This document shows, piece after piece, positions 30,092 to 39,142 of a stretch of 64,000 nt of DNA. A program made the translations under genes and the position numbers. Within the stretch, counting starts at the first letter, position 1. The number at the start of each line of letters is the position of its first letter. The notes under the pieces were generated by a model, which saw only the letters and a list, made by a program, of their open reading frames with translations, was not told the DNA's origin and ran no database searches. This stretch comes from a virus, in the IMG/VR virus record IMGVR_UViG_3300036861_000610, positions 83,890 through 147,889 of that record; one strand, given 5' to 3'.

Positions 30092-30442
30092 ATGCGGAAC
30101 GTGTCCTGGCCCTTGGCGGTGATGGTCTCCGTCGCAATGTTGGTCATTGGGGCTACGGCTCTACTTGATCGGGACATTGCGGGGGTGAGTGCGGCCATCA
30201 CCACGATCTTGATTGCACTGGGCCTGGCCGAACTTCGTGAGATCAAGACAAACACGAATGGAAACAACACTAGCCTGCTGGAACAGAACAAGGCGCTGAT
30301 GGCAGAGATTGCCCAGTACCGACGGGATGCCCTCGACATCACCAACCGGGCTCTGGACTCCCAGCCGCTGCCCCAGCCGCCGAACTCAACCACCACAACT
30401 ACGTCGCACTCCTCCAACGTTCCCAACCCGCCAGGCGCCTGA
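30092..30442 (+). CDS. Putative holin / membrane protein
   Basis: Two N-terminal hydrophobic helices and a coiled C-terminus, within the lysis module. Confidence 0.55.
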   Translation: MRNVSWPLAVMVSVAMLVIGATALLDRDIAGVSAAITTILIALGLAELREIKTNTNGNNTSLLEQNKALMAEIAQYRRDALDITNRALDSQPLPQPPNSTTTTTSHSSNVPNPPGA

Positions 30443-30807
30443 TGGGCGGCTCGACGCGCACCTTTGAGTACGTGCTGCGACCCGGGGATACAGAGGGCGC
30501 TGAGAAGCTCCTGGGACGCGCCAAGAAGATCCTGGGCTGGGCCTGCGACGGCGACACCCGCATCGAATGCCATGGGATCACAGGTGAAGGGCTCGGCGTC
30601 ATCACCTTGAATCTGACAATCCGTCACCGTGATCAGTGGGCGTGCCGGCAGCTGGCCCAGGACATCTTGAGTCAGGTGATGTGGGGGCTAGAGAAGGGCG
30701 ACGCTACTCAGCTGGATCTGCAGAGTCGTCGACAAGAGCCGCACACAAGAAGAGGATATGCGGGTGGGCGCACCAAAACCTGGAGGGAGACCCGCAACAA
30801 CCCCTGA
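30442..30807 (+). CDS. Hypothetical protein, last + strand gene
   Basis: TGATG coupling; converges with the - strand arm. Confidence 0.55.
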   Translation: MGGSTRTFEYVLRPGDTEGAEKLLGRAKKILGWACDGDTRIECHGITGEGLGVITLNLTIRHRDQWACRQLAQDILSQVMWGLEKGDATQLDLQSRRQEPHTRRGYAGGRTKTWRETRNNP

Positions 30808-30813
30808 CCGATT

Positions 30814-31155
30814 CTACGACTCAGGACTCAGGTCATCGAGGCCGAACGTTGATCCGTGGTTCGCATGGACGAACGAAGACGTTTCGGGGACCTCGAACTC
30901 TACGGTCTCCACCGCCTCGTCCTCGTACTCCTCCTCGTCATCCTCCAGAAGCTCCTCCGCCTGACCCGTCTCCGTGAGGTAGTCCTCGTCGGTGATGGGC
31001 AGCGCGTAGACCCAGCCTCGGAACATGGCGATGACGGCGTCCTCTTCGTCCAAGACCTCAAGGATGCTGTCGTTCTCCCCTGAGGTGGAGACAGTGACGC
31101 CGTCCTCGACGTAGAAGACGTTGTCTGCGGGTCGATCGATCTTGACTTTAATCAT
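30814..31155 (-). CDS. Acidic hypothetical protein
   Basis: Strongly D/E-rich; good codon bias. Confidence 0.6.
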   Translation of the reverse strand: MIKVKIDRPADNVFYVEDGVTVSTSGENDSILEVLDEEDAVIAMFRGWVYALPITDEDYLTETGQAEELLEDDEEEYEDEAVETVEFEVPETSSFVHANHGSTFGLDDLSPES

Positions 31156-31167
31156 CGACCTATCATG

Positions 31168-31680
31168 TCATGACTGGTCGTACTTGAGCCGGTCCTCCTC
31201 GATGGATCGCGGAACCCACGTCCAATCTTCGTACTTCCTGGTCACGACATCCTCAAGGCCCCACCAGCACTCAAAGCCCCAGATGCTGCCACCCTCGTCA
31301 AGGTCGATCCTCGGGTTCTGGCCGATAGCTCTAAAAACCTGGGCAACTCGCTCAGACATAGGCACCGCACGCTGCAGCTCGTCCAGGTCCCGAGCTTCAG
31401 CACACCGCAGCTCATACTCGGCCTCGTCAAACTCCCCCTGCTCGAACTTCTGCTTGTGCATATCCAAGGACCACTGCAGCGACGAATTGGCGTCGTCGCT
31501 GCGCTGGATGATGGCAGCCCAGTACAGATAGCCGTCAGAGCCTTCGACGGGAACGTCTTCATGGCCAGGCCGCGGATGCTCTCCGGCATAGATGCCGGCA
31601 CCGTAGATGTCAACAGTCTTGGTTTCCGGTTCCGCGCAGGCCAGAGCAATGACCCGGGAGCCGATCTGGATAACGTTCAT
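31168..31680 (-). CDS. Hypothetical phage protein
   Basis: NPRIDLDEGGSIWGFECWW motif; ATGA overlap. Confidence 0.65.
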   Translation of the reverse strand: MNVIQIGSRVIALACAEPETKTVDIYGAGIYAGEHPRPGHEDVPVEGSDGYLYWAAIIQRSDDANSSLQWSLDMHKQKFEQGEFDEAEYELRCAEARDLDELQRAVPMSERVAQVFRAIGQNPRIDLDEGGSIWGFECWWGLEDVVTRKYEDWTWVPRSIEEDRLKYDQS

Positions 31681-32267
31681 GCGGTGACTTCCGCATCAAT
31701 GATGTCGAGGCGCTCGAAGGTGGCAGTGATGGCCAAGGAGCCGTCCTCGCCGGTGACTGCATTGAATGCATCACGAGCCCAGCGAGCATCGTCTAAAGCG
31801 TGGTGGATTTTCCACGGTTCCGCCGGCAGCTTGACCTGCGGGCGCACCTCGATGAGCTGCTGTACATCGTGGGTAAACATTGGCACGCCGGCCGGCAGCT
31901 CGGCCATGGAGCCAAACAGTTGACACAAGACGACGTGATCGTAGGCGCCGTAGTAAGCCCACAGCTCGACGTTGGGGGTGCCCTGGATGAAGGCCAGGAC
32001 GTCGGTGATGAGGTTGTCCAGGCTCATGGACACGTACTGGTATTCAGGGTGCTGCTCGTCCCATTCAAGGATTCCGGGACTTGCCTTGATGGGCAAATAG
32101 GGTCCGACGTTGACGGACAGCCAGGGGTGCTTGGACACGTTGGACAGGGACTCGGGGTTGATGCGATACAGCTCGGTCCCGTCTTCCCGGATCATGCCGA
32201 TGGAGACGAGCTGGATGGGTAGATCACGGCCGCGTTCAACAAATTCACAGTCATAGAATAGTCTCAA
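31677..32267 (-). CDS. DEDDh 3'-5' exoribonuclease (Rv2179c/RNase AS-like)
   Basis: FYDCEF, LVSIG, AYDHVVL, HHALDDARW. Confidence 0.85.
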   Translation of the reverse strand: MRLFYDCEFVERGRDLPIQLVSIGMIREDGTELYRINPESLSNVSKHPWLSVNVGPYLPIKASPGILEWDEQHPEYQYVSMSLDNLITDVLAFIQGTPNVELWAYYGAYDHVVLCQLFGSMAELPAGVPMFTHDVQQLIEVRPQVKLPAEPWKIHHALDDARWARDAFNAVTGEDGSLAITATFERLDIIDAEVTA

Positions 32268-32280
32268 TGTCTACTCCCAA

Positions 32281-32323
32281 AAAAGGGACTGGTCCCCGCC
32301 AGCCGTAGCTGACAGGGACCAGT
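32281..32323 (-). terminator. Intrinsic terminator with a C(UACG)G tetraloop
   Basis: Minus strand ACTGGTCCC..CAGC-TACG-GCTG..GGGACCAGT followed by CCCTTTTT. Confidence 0.65.
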
Positions 32324-32330
32324 GCTTTGG

Positions 32331-33596
32331 TCAAACCGTGGCGCCGCTGGCGTTCACAGTACGGCCATTTGCGTCGTTGATGTTTCCGGACCAGGCGATG
32401 TTGGGGTCGACGCACTCGTCCGTCAAGCCGTAGGTGGCCGAGTGCTCGTTGCCTGTCTTGGCTGGATAGAAACGGTTGTTCCGTACGATCCAGTTTTTGC
32501 CGTTTTCGCTGCAGTACAGCGTGTAGGCGCCCGCGGACAAGAAGTTGTTCTCGATCGTCCACCCGCTGTTCTTGTCCGGGTTAGTGATGATCGAGGAGGT
32601 GATTGGGTTGACTCCGGCGAATGTGTTGTGCCGGATGAGCACCCCATTGCCGCCTTGCGACTGGATGTCGTCGCCGTGCCCCTCAGAGGTTGCCTCGCGG
32701 GCCGACAGGTACGAGTCGATGACGGAGGAGCCTTCGCCCATCTCCAGTGCGTTCTCGCAGTCGTGGATGTACACCCGCGAGGCCGCGAAGCGCGCCCAGG
32801 CGATGCCGGTTCCACGACCGTCCTTGCAGTTGACCTCGGAGTCACTGATGGTCAAGCTGCCGTTGCCAGTCATCTCCACGCCGTAGAAGCATGGCCCAAT
32901 GATTCGGCTGTTGCGGATGATGACGTTGGGCGCCGCGACAGTGATGCAACCCATCGCCTTGCCGTCGATCACCGTGTTGGCGGTGGTGATTCGCTGCGGC
33001 CCCGTGTATGGGGTCAGCGTCAGCACCTTCACGCCAGTTGAGCCGCCGGGTCCGGCTGTGGGGTAACCACAGGCCGCGAGCCGGTCGAAGCAGCCGGTCA
33101 GCACCGTTCCTGGCGGCGTGGTGGCTGGGGGTGTAGTCGCCGGGGGTGTGGTGACCGGTGGTGTTGTTGCCGGCGGGGTGGTGACCGGTGGTGTTGTTGC
33201 CGGCGGGGTGGTGACCGGTGGTGTGGTCGTGGGTGGTGCTGTAGTTGTGGGTGGCGGCGTGGTTGCCGGCGGCGTAGTGGGCGTTGCCGTGGGGCTGGTG
33301 GATGGAGTCGGCGAAGCCGTGGGGCTTGCCGACGGGCTGACCGTCGGGCTGGTGGACGGTGCGGCAGGCGGTGGACCGATGCAGGTCAGCGTCACCGTGA
33401 ATGTGCCATCGGGCGCCACGGGGGCACTGACGGGCTTGTCGCATTCGACGGTGGGCTGTGCGCTGAACGTCCGGGCCGCGTACCCAGCGGTGGCTGGACC
33501 GGCAATGAACCATGCGACCGCGAGGGCTGGGATGAGCCAGCGCGGTGTAGTAATTCGCCGATACCAGGGCTCTGGTGCTGCGTGTCTTGGTGCCAT
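32331..33596 (-). CDS. Membrane-anchored/secreted protein with Pro/Thr linker and right-handed beta-helix domain
   Basis: N-terminal hydrophobic segment; TTPP[VA] repeats; beta-helix-like NVIIRNSRI, HGDDIQ, VLIRHNT, TIENN. Confidence 0.7.
   Translation of the reverse strand: MAPRHAAPEPWYRRITTPRWLIPALAVAWFIAGPATAGYAARTFSAQPTVECDKPVSAPVAPDGTFTVTLTCIGPPPAAPSTSPTVSPSASPTASPTPSTSPTATPTTPPATTPPPTTTAPPTTTPPVTTPPATTPPVTTPPATTPPVTTPPATTPPATTPPGTVLTGCFDRLAACGYPTAGPGGSTGVKVLTLTPYTGPQRITTANTVIDGKAMGCITVAAPNVIIRNSRIIGPCFYGVEMTGNGSLTISDSEVNCKDGRGTGIAWARFAASRVYIHDCENALEMGEGSSVIDSYLSAREATSEGHGDDIQSQGGNGVLIRHNTFAGVNPITSSIITNPDKNSGWTIENNFLSAGAYTLYCSENGKNWIVRNNRFYPAKTGNEHSATYGLTDECVDPNIAWSGNINDANGRTVNASGATV
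33110..33350 (-). repeat. Coding tandem repeats (TTPPV/TTPPA; SPTASP)
   Basis: 15-nt periodic repeats encoding the Pro/Thr linker, including a 30-nt near-exact duplication at about 33143-33218. Confidence 0.8.
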
Positions 33597-33643
33597 TGTC
33601 GGTACTTTTCCTTCCAATTCTTACTTCACGGCATGTGCTCCGT

Positions 33644-34309
33644 TTAGGCCGTGGCATCACCCGCTTCTGCCTGATCAATAGTTCCCTGGACAATGCCAGA
33701 AACGGCGACGCTCGTAAACGTTGAGCGCTCCGCTTCTTCGGCCTCCAGGTAGTCAATGGTTGACCGGGTGCGGCCGTCGTAGGCGGCCCGGGTGCCGCCA
33801 CTGCTGCGGGAATTGCTGGTGGAAGTCGACAGGCCCATGCTGCGGCTCTGCTCGTTCCAGTCGCCGGGGCCGGTGCCGGAGAAGACGAACGCCCACTCTT
33901 TGGCTTCCAGCTCCTTGATGACGGCGGCGACGGAGGCGTTGTTGTATTCCGTCGACGAGTTCTCCAGACCGTCGGTCTGGATGTAGACGAACACCTTGTC
34001 GCCGGGCTCCAGTTTGGTCTTGGCCAGGAACTGCCGCAGGGTCTGGCCGACGGCGTCGAGCAGAGCGGTCATCCCGTCGGGCACGTAGTTGTGCTCATCG
34101 AAGCGCGTGGCCTGAGCCACGGGAACTGCGTTGTCGATGATGGTGACGGTGGTGTTGAAGACGGTCGAAGTGATCAGCACGTCTTCGCCGGCTGAGCCCA
34201 CCTTGGCCGTCACCTGGTCGAGGTAGGCGTTGTGGCCGCCGCGGACGTCGCTGGCGAGGAAGTTCATCGAGCCCGACGCATCGGTGATGAACAGGGCATG
34301 AACTGTCAT
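33644..34309 (-). CDS. von Willebrand factor A domain protein
   Basis: MIDAS motif DASGSM, GMTALLDAVG, QTDGLENSS. Confidence 0.85.
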   Translation of the reverse strand: MTVHALFITDASGSMNFLASDVRGGHNAYLDQVTAKVGSAGEDVLITSTVFNTTVTIIDNAVPVAQATRFDEHNYVPDGMTALLDAVGQTLRQFLAKTKLEPGDKVFVYIQTDGLENSSTEYNNASVAAVIKELEAKEWAFVFSGTGPGDWNEQSRSMGLSTSTSNSRSSGGTRAAYDGRTRSTIDYLEAEEAERSTFTSVAVSGIVQGTIDQAEAGDATA

Positions 34310-34313
34310 TTTG

Positions 34314-34733
34314 TTACTCCCATTCGGTGTCGCAGATGCATTGGACTTTTCCAGGACGTACCAGTTCCAGCTGGCAGTCCTGGTGGCAGCGCAGCCAGCC
34401 GCCGCTGGGGTTGTCGTAGTCCTCAACGTGGCCGAAGTCTGGCGGCGGCGGCTGAGGTCCCTGACCCCAACTGCGACGGACTCGGCGCTCGTTGAGCTTC
34501 TGGTTGTGCAACTTGGTCGCATGGCAGGCGGTGGCCAGGTCAATGAAGTTGGCGACGACGGGGACGCCTGAGCTGGCCGACAAGGGCAGCAGGGTAATGC
34601 ACCAGCCACCGATGGTGTCGTCTTCTGACACATACCAGGGGTTGTTCATCACGTACCTGATCAGCTCGGGACCCTGGAGCTTGCGCAGCTCGTCAAGCTG
34701 CTGGACCAGCTCCTCGTTCATTCCGGCAGTCAT
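34314..34733 (-). CDS. Hypothetical protein
   Basis: AGGAGG RBS; C-terminal ELVRPGKVQC. Confidence 0.55.
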   Translation of the reverse strand: MTAGMNEELVQQLDELRKLQGPELIRYVMNNPWYVSEDDTIGGWCITLLPLSASSGVPVVANFIDLATACHATKLHNQKLNERRVRRSWGQGPQPPPPDFGHVEDYDNPSGGWLRCHQDCQLELVRPGKVQCICDTEWE

Positions 34734-34765
34734 TGTGACCCCCTCCTAGGGGTGAGCCTAGACAG

Positions 34766-34814
34766 ATGAAGGGCGCTTGTCACCCCCCGTTGTGGGTAAC
34801 AAGCGCCCCTTCAT
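34766..34814. terminator. Long intergenic hairpin
   Basis: ATGAAGGGCGCTTGT ... ACAAGCGCCCCTTCAT with one bulge. Confidence 0.55.
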
Positions 34815-34817
34815 GCG

Positions 34818-35294
34818 TCAGCTGTTGACGCGCGCCGCCGCGATGGCGCTGACGATGACCCGCTGAACAGACTCCAGCGCCAGGTACTCGGGCATCAGCT
34901 GCCCCGGCATGGGCGCGGGCGGCTGGTGGCCCATGATGAGGCCCCGCAGGCCACGTACCGGCTCCAGCGGCATTGTGTACCGCCCCAGAGCGTTGATCGC
35001 GGCGGCCACCTCGTTGAGCCTGGCCTGGACGATCTGGTCGACCAGTTCCATCAGTTCCTTCGACGCGGTGAGCGTGACGCCGACGGCGATGTCCTGCACC
35101 CGGCCGTGGAACTTCGAAACGGCCGCCTCGGTCATACCGCGGGCGCCGGCCGCCGCGCCCAGCTGCAGCAGCTGGACGGCCTGGTGCTGACTGCCGGGCC
35201 CCATGGCGTCGGGGGGCATGTACCGCACCGGCTGCTCCGGGAACATCGGCGCCGGCTGCTCTGGCCGCGTGGGCTGAACCATGTCGCCGCTCAT
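34818..35294 (-). CDS. Hypothetical protein
   Basis: ATGA overlap at 35291-35294; strong GC3. Confidence 0.55.
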   Translation of the reverse strand: MSGDMVQPTRPEQPAPMFPEQPVRYMPPDAMGPGSQHQAVQLLQLGAAAGARGMTEAAVSKFHGRVQDIAVGVTLTASKELMELVDQIVQARLNEVAAAINALGRYTMPLEPVRGLRGLIMGHQPPAPMPGQLMPEYLALESVQRVIVSAIAAARVNS

Positions 35295-35590
35295 CGGTCG
35301 GTCCCCAGCGTCTCGTCGTTGCCGTAGCCGCCGAACTGGACACCTGAGGGGCGGCCGGTGGCTCGGGGCTTGTCTTCGGTCTGGTCCTCGGCGCCCTCGG
35401 CGAACTCGGCCACGATGCGCTCGGTCACTTCGGTCGCCTTGGCGGTCAGCCACTCGGCACCCTTGGCGGCCTCCTCCACGCCCTGCTCGAACAGGGCCGC
35501 ACCCTTGTTCAACAGGTCGTAGCGGCGGACCGCGGCAACAGCGACGGCAGTGCCGGCCGTGGCGACCAAGACCTTAGTCAGAAACTTCAT
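35291..35590 (-). CDS. Small protein with N-terminal hydrophobic anchor
   Basis: MKFLTKVLVATAGTAVAVAAV. Confidence 0.6.
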   Translation of the reverse strand: MKFLTKVLVATAGTAVAVAAVRRYDLLNKGAALFEQGVEEAAKGAEWLTAKATEVTERIVAEFAEGAEDQTEDKPRATGRPSGVQFGGYGNDETLGTDR

Positions 35591-35644
35591 GGTGGTTGCT
35601 CTCTTTCCAGGTTGGGGTTGATTTTTGGAACTTCTGGGAGGGAA

Positions 35645-35797
35645 CTATCTACAGCTCTGGCATCTCTCCCAACGAACGCCCGAGCCGTTGCAGACCGGAC
35701 AAGTACTTCTCCGGTCAGGGCCTTTGCCGCTGCCGCCGCAAATACATCTCACGGCTTTCTGGCCAGAACCGCTGCAGTTGCTGCAGGTGCCAGCCAT
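35645..35797 (-). CDS. 50-aa stand-alone DnaJ-type zinc-finger microprotein (absent from the ORF track)
   Basis: AGGAGA RBS; MAGTCSNCSGSGQKAVRCICGGSGKGPDRRSTCPVCNGSGVRWERCQSCR*. Confidence 0.65.
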   Translation of the reverse strand: MAGTCSNCSGSGQKAVRCICGGSGKGPDRRSTCPVCNGSGVRWERCQSCR

Positions 35798-36225
35798 CGT
35801 CGTTCTCCTTGCGATGTGAAGCTTTAGGAACCTTTAATCCTTGGAGTTTGGCCAGCAGGCCATTACCAGGACAATGATGCCGACAACGACGAGGGCTATG
35901 TACGCGAATCCCATCTCAGCCTGCCCCGAATCGTCCACCGGAACTGCAGCAGACCCAGACGATGAACCCAATCAGGCCGAAGAAACCGAGCATGGTCAAT
36001 GCCCCGGGCCAGCTGCTTTGAGTCGGAGTGGGCGCATTAACCTGCAGGTCGACCTGCAGGTCGTCATCATCATCGTCCCTGCTGTTCACGTCTGCTCCTT
36101 CGTTCGCTGAGACGGAGTTCAAGGCGGTGGCGGCCCCACTCCAGGAGACCCATCAGGGTCACCACCACCAGGTCGAACAGTGCGTTCTGCCAGGTCATGT
36201 GCTGAGACTACGGACAATCGCTCGG

Positions 36226-36870
36226 TCAGGAGTCGAGCAGCTTGTTGTCGTAGAGCGTGTAGTCGCTGCGGTAGATAAGCAGATACTTGCCATCGATGCG
36301 CAGCAGGGTGCTCTTCGGGATGTTGGTCGCGAAGTACTCAACCTGGTTGCCGCCGAAGATGGCGATGGGGGAGCCGTTCTGCGACCGAACCATGATTGTG
36401 CGGCTGGTACCGGCCCAGAAGTTGCGGAAGTTCTGCCGCAAATAGTTCAAGAACGGCACACCACGTTCAGTGTTCTCGATGTCGACGGTTGGCGGCAGCT
36501 GGGCGGTGATGTCGCTGAGGCCGTCTTCGACCATGAGCAGCGTCGAGCCAACGTGGTTGATAACACCGCCGCCGACGCTGACTTTGACCACCGATGAGTC
36601 CGCGTTGCTGGTGCCGTCGGGGTTGACCGAGTCGAACGTCCCATCGCGCTGGATGTCGATGGCCGCACCATGGACCCGGTCGAGTGGCTGGCCGAACACG
36701 TTGTAAGTGAGAATGGTGGCCTGACGACCCTTCATCAGCGAGACGAAGTTGCTGACGCTCTTGTCGAAGAGGGCGCAGCCGCCGAGGGTCAGCAGCATGG
36801 CCATAATCGTCAGGCCGGCGACAAACAGGAGGGTCTTGCGCTGTCGCGCCTTACGGAGCAGATCATTCAT
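36226..36870 (-). CDS. Lipoprotein, DUF5052-like
   Basis: Lipobox-like LGGC after a hydrophobic stretch; DSSVV...HVGSTL. Family recalled from memory. Confidence 0.55.
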   Translation of the reverse strand: MNDLLRKARQRKTLLFVAGLTIMAMLLTLGGCALFDKSVSNFVSLMKGRQATILTYNVFGQPLDRVHGAAIDIQRDGTFDSVNPDGTSNADSSVVKVSVGGGVINHVGSTLLMVEDGLSDITAQLPPTVDIENTERGVPFLNYLRQNFRNFWAGTSRTIMVRSQNGSPIAIFGGNQVEYFATNIPKSTLLRIDGKYLLIYRSDYTLYDNKLLDS

Positions 36871-37099
36871 GGGGAAACTCCTTCTCTAGTTCTGAGAGCC
36901 TGTCCTGCAGGTTCTCGACGACGCCAGCCAGGTAGCTGACGGCTTCTTTCAGGTCGCCCAGTTCCATTTCCTGGGCGTGGATCTTTTTGTGTGCTTCGTT
37001 GAGGTCGACCCACAGGTTGGTCACTGGGGATGGCGACGGGGGCCGGCGCTTAGCTGCAGTGGCCCTGACGTAGGCCCACATCAGCTCAACGAGAGTCAC
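36863..37099 (-). CDS. Small coiled-coil protein
   Basis: Overlap packing; heptad pattern. Confidence 0.5.
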   Translation of the reverse strand: MTLVELMWAYVRATAAKRRPPSPSPVTNLWVDLNEAHKKIHAQEMELGDLKEAVSYLAGVVENLQDRLSELEKEFPHE

Positions 37100-37689
37100 G
37101 CCGCGTCCTCGTCGTCGTAGTTGTTCCAGCGCCCTTCCAGGTGGTCAGCTACGGCGCTGACCTTGGCTCTGATGCGACGCTGTTGAGGCGGCTTGGGGTG
37201 GACCCAGGGCTGGCCGGCGGTGCGCTTGATGAGGTCGGCTGCAGAGTCAAAGGCATCGGCCGCGGAGGTCCACCCGAGAGCGAGCTGTGCTGGCTGGGTT
37301 TCAGCCAGCAGCACCTCACCCGGAGCCCAAGAACTGATGAGTTCCTCAGCCTCCCGTACGCGGACGAGGAGGGTTTCCTCGTCCTCCTTACGCTGCCTGG
37401 CGGCGGCCTCGGCAGCCGCCTTGGCCTCCTGCTCCTTGGCGAACTTGGATTTGATGCCGCGCGGGAAGAGCAGGAACTTGGTAACGGCGAAGGTGGTGAT
37501 GAAAGGTGCCAGTATCGTCCACATGATGACGGTGGGGACGCCTTGACCACCTGGCCCCCAGTGGACGGTGTCTTCGGTTTTGTCGACGCCGGCTGCTACC
37601 CGATCCGTGCCTTCCTGAACGTGAAGGACCGCGATGCGGAGGTTGATGAGGGCGTTGGCGGCGAGGCCGGCCCACAGAAGCGTGTTCAT
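37096..37689 (-). CDS. Membrane protein
   Basis: GGAGG RBS; two hydrophobic segments. Confidence 0.6.
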   Translation of the reverse strand: MNTLLWAGLAANALINLRIAVLHVQEGTDRVAAGVDKTEDTVHWGPGGQGVPTVIMWTILAPFITTFAVTKFLLFPRGIKSKFAKEQEAKAAAEAAARQRKEDEETLLVRVREAEELISSWAPGEVLLAETQPAQLALGWTSAADAFDSAADLIKRTAGQPWVHPKPPQQRRIRAKVSAVADHLEGRWNNYDDEDAA

Positions 37690-37735
37690 GTGCGTGTCCC
37701 CCTCCAGGGCGACAAGGATCGGGTAGCGAAGACGG

Positions 37736-38329
37736 TCAGGCGGCGGCCGGAGCCGGTTCCTCGATGGTGGTGTCGGCGGTGGTGGGGGTCTCCGCCGTCT
37801 CGGCGGCCTTGGCGGCGGCGGCTTCCTGGCGGGCGGCGAGCTTGACCATAACGAGCTTCAGGTGCTCCTCGGTCCAGCCTTCGACCGTTGCGGCGGCGGC
37901 CTCGGCGCGGGTCTGGCCGGCGCGGTTGAGGCCGTCCTTGTTGAACCCGTCCTTGTTGAAGCCGCGGTAGTTGTAGCCCTCCGCGTTGTACCCCTCGCGG
38001 TTGTACCCGCTGCGGTCGTACCCGTCCTTGTTGTAGCCGTGGCGGTTGAAGCCCTGCGTGTTGTAGCCCTCGACGTTGCGGCCGTTGATGTCGAAGCCGG
38101 CGGCATTGTAGTACTTCTCGTAGCCGGTGGGCCGCGTGCCGGTGATGATCTGGGTGAGGGCGTAGTTGACGGTGTCGCAGTGCTGGTTGCTGTGGGCCCA
38201 GCTGATGGTCCGGTCGAACAGCCAGGGCAGCACGGCGGCGAGCTGCTCGTCGGTGGGCTTGGGGGCGTCGTAGGTGTGCTCCGGGTTCGCGTTCATGAAT
38301 GCGAGCAGCGGGTTGGTTTCGGTGGTCAT
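37736..38329 (-). CDS. G[YF][ND]xx pentapeptide-repeat protein, paralog 3
   Basis: About 13 repeats (GYNTQ GFNRH GYNKD GYDRS ...) ending AGQTR...VEGWTEE. Confidence 0.75.
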   Translation of the reverse strand: MTTETNPLLAFMNANPEHTYDAPKPTDEQLAAVLPWLFDRTISWAHSNQHCDTVNYALTQIITGTRPTGYEKYYNAAGFDINGRNVEGYNTQGFNRHGYNKDGYDRSGYNREGYNAEGYNYRGFNKDGFNKDGLNRAGQTRAEAAAATVEGWTEEHLKLVMVKLAARQEAAAAKAAETAETPTTADTTIEEPAPAAA

Positions 38330-38399
38330 GCGCGTGGTCCTTCTCCTGGGGTTGTGGGTTGTTGGGTCGTGGCGCTGCGTGCCGAACCAACGGTCCGAG

Positions 38400-39104
38400 C
38401 TACGCAGCAGCAGCGGCCGTGCCACCGGCCTTGGCCGGCACCGCCTTCTTGACGGTGCCCTTCTTGGCTCCGGCCGCCGTCTTCTTGGGTGGTGTCTGTC
38501 GGGCGGTCTTCTTGGTCGGCGCCTCAGCGACAGCTTCCATGACCTCCGCGGGCGGCTCCTTGGCCGCTTCGAGCTGCGCGAGGTGGGCGGCGATGGCGGC
38601 GGCGAACTCGTCGGACCAGCCGGTCACTTCCTTGGTGACGAGCTGCTCCCGGGTGTTGCCGTAGTAGTCGCGGCCGGCGGCGTTGAAGCCGTACTTGTCG
38701 AAACCGTCGCGGTTGTAGCCGTTCTTGTCGTAGCCGTCACGGTTGAAGCCGTAACGGTCGAGGCCGTCCTTGTTGAAGCCGTTGGGGTCGTAGCCGTCCC
38801 GGTTGAAGCCCTCGATGTTGCGGCCACTCTTGGCGTTGTAGCCGGACGAGTCGGGGAAGCCGTACCGGGGCGCGTTGATGCCGAGGATGTGAGCGAAGGT
38901 GATTTCGGCGTTCTCGCAGAAGTACTTCTCCCTAGCGAATCGCGCCATGCGGTCCATGATGTAGGGCAGTACCGCATTCATCTCGTCGGCGGTGGGGACC
39001 CGCGCCTCGTAGGGTCCGGTGGGGAGTGCGAGTTGCTTCCCCAGCTCCCGGGCCTTTTCCCAGGAGCGCGGGTCCCCGTTTGTGACGTCTGCCAAGCCTG
39101 CCAT
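38400..39104 (-). CDS. G[YF][ND]xx pentapeptide-repeat protein, paralog 2, with Lys/Ala tail
   Basis: GFNRD GYDPN GFNKD ... GNTR...VTGWSDE. Confidence 0.75.
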   Translation of the reverse strand: MAGLADVTNGDPRSWEKARELGKQLALPTGPYEARVPTADEMNAVLPYIMDRMARFAREKYFCENAEITFAHILGINAPRYGFPDSSGYNAKSGRNIEGFNRDGYDPNGFNKDGLDRYGFNRDGYDKNGYNRDGFDKYGFNAAGRDYYGNTREQLVTKEVTGWSDEFAAAIAAHLAQLEAAKEPPAEVMEAVAEAPTKKTARQTPPKKTAAGAKKGTVKKAVPAKAGGTAAAAA

Positions 39105-39142
39105 GCCGTGCCTCCCTGGGTGTCAGGTCGCTTGCGCGACGG

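Noticed and set aside
33110-33350. GGT/GGC-rich repeat resembling the GGY arrays
   Set aside because: Period 15 (a multiple of 3), explained by the TTPP coding linker.
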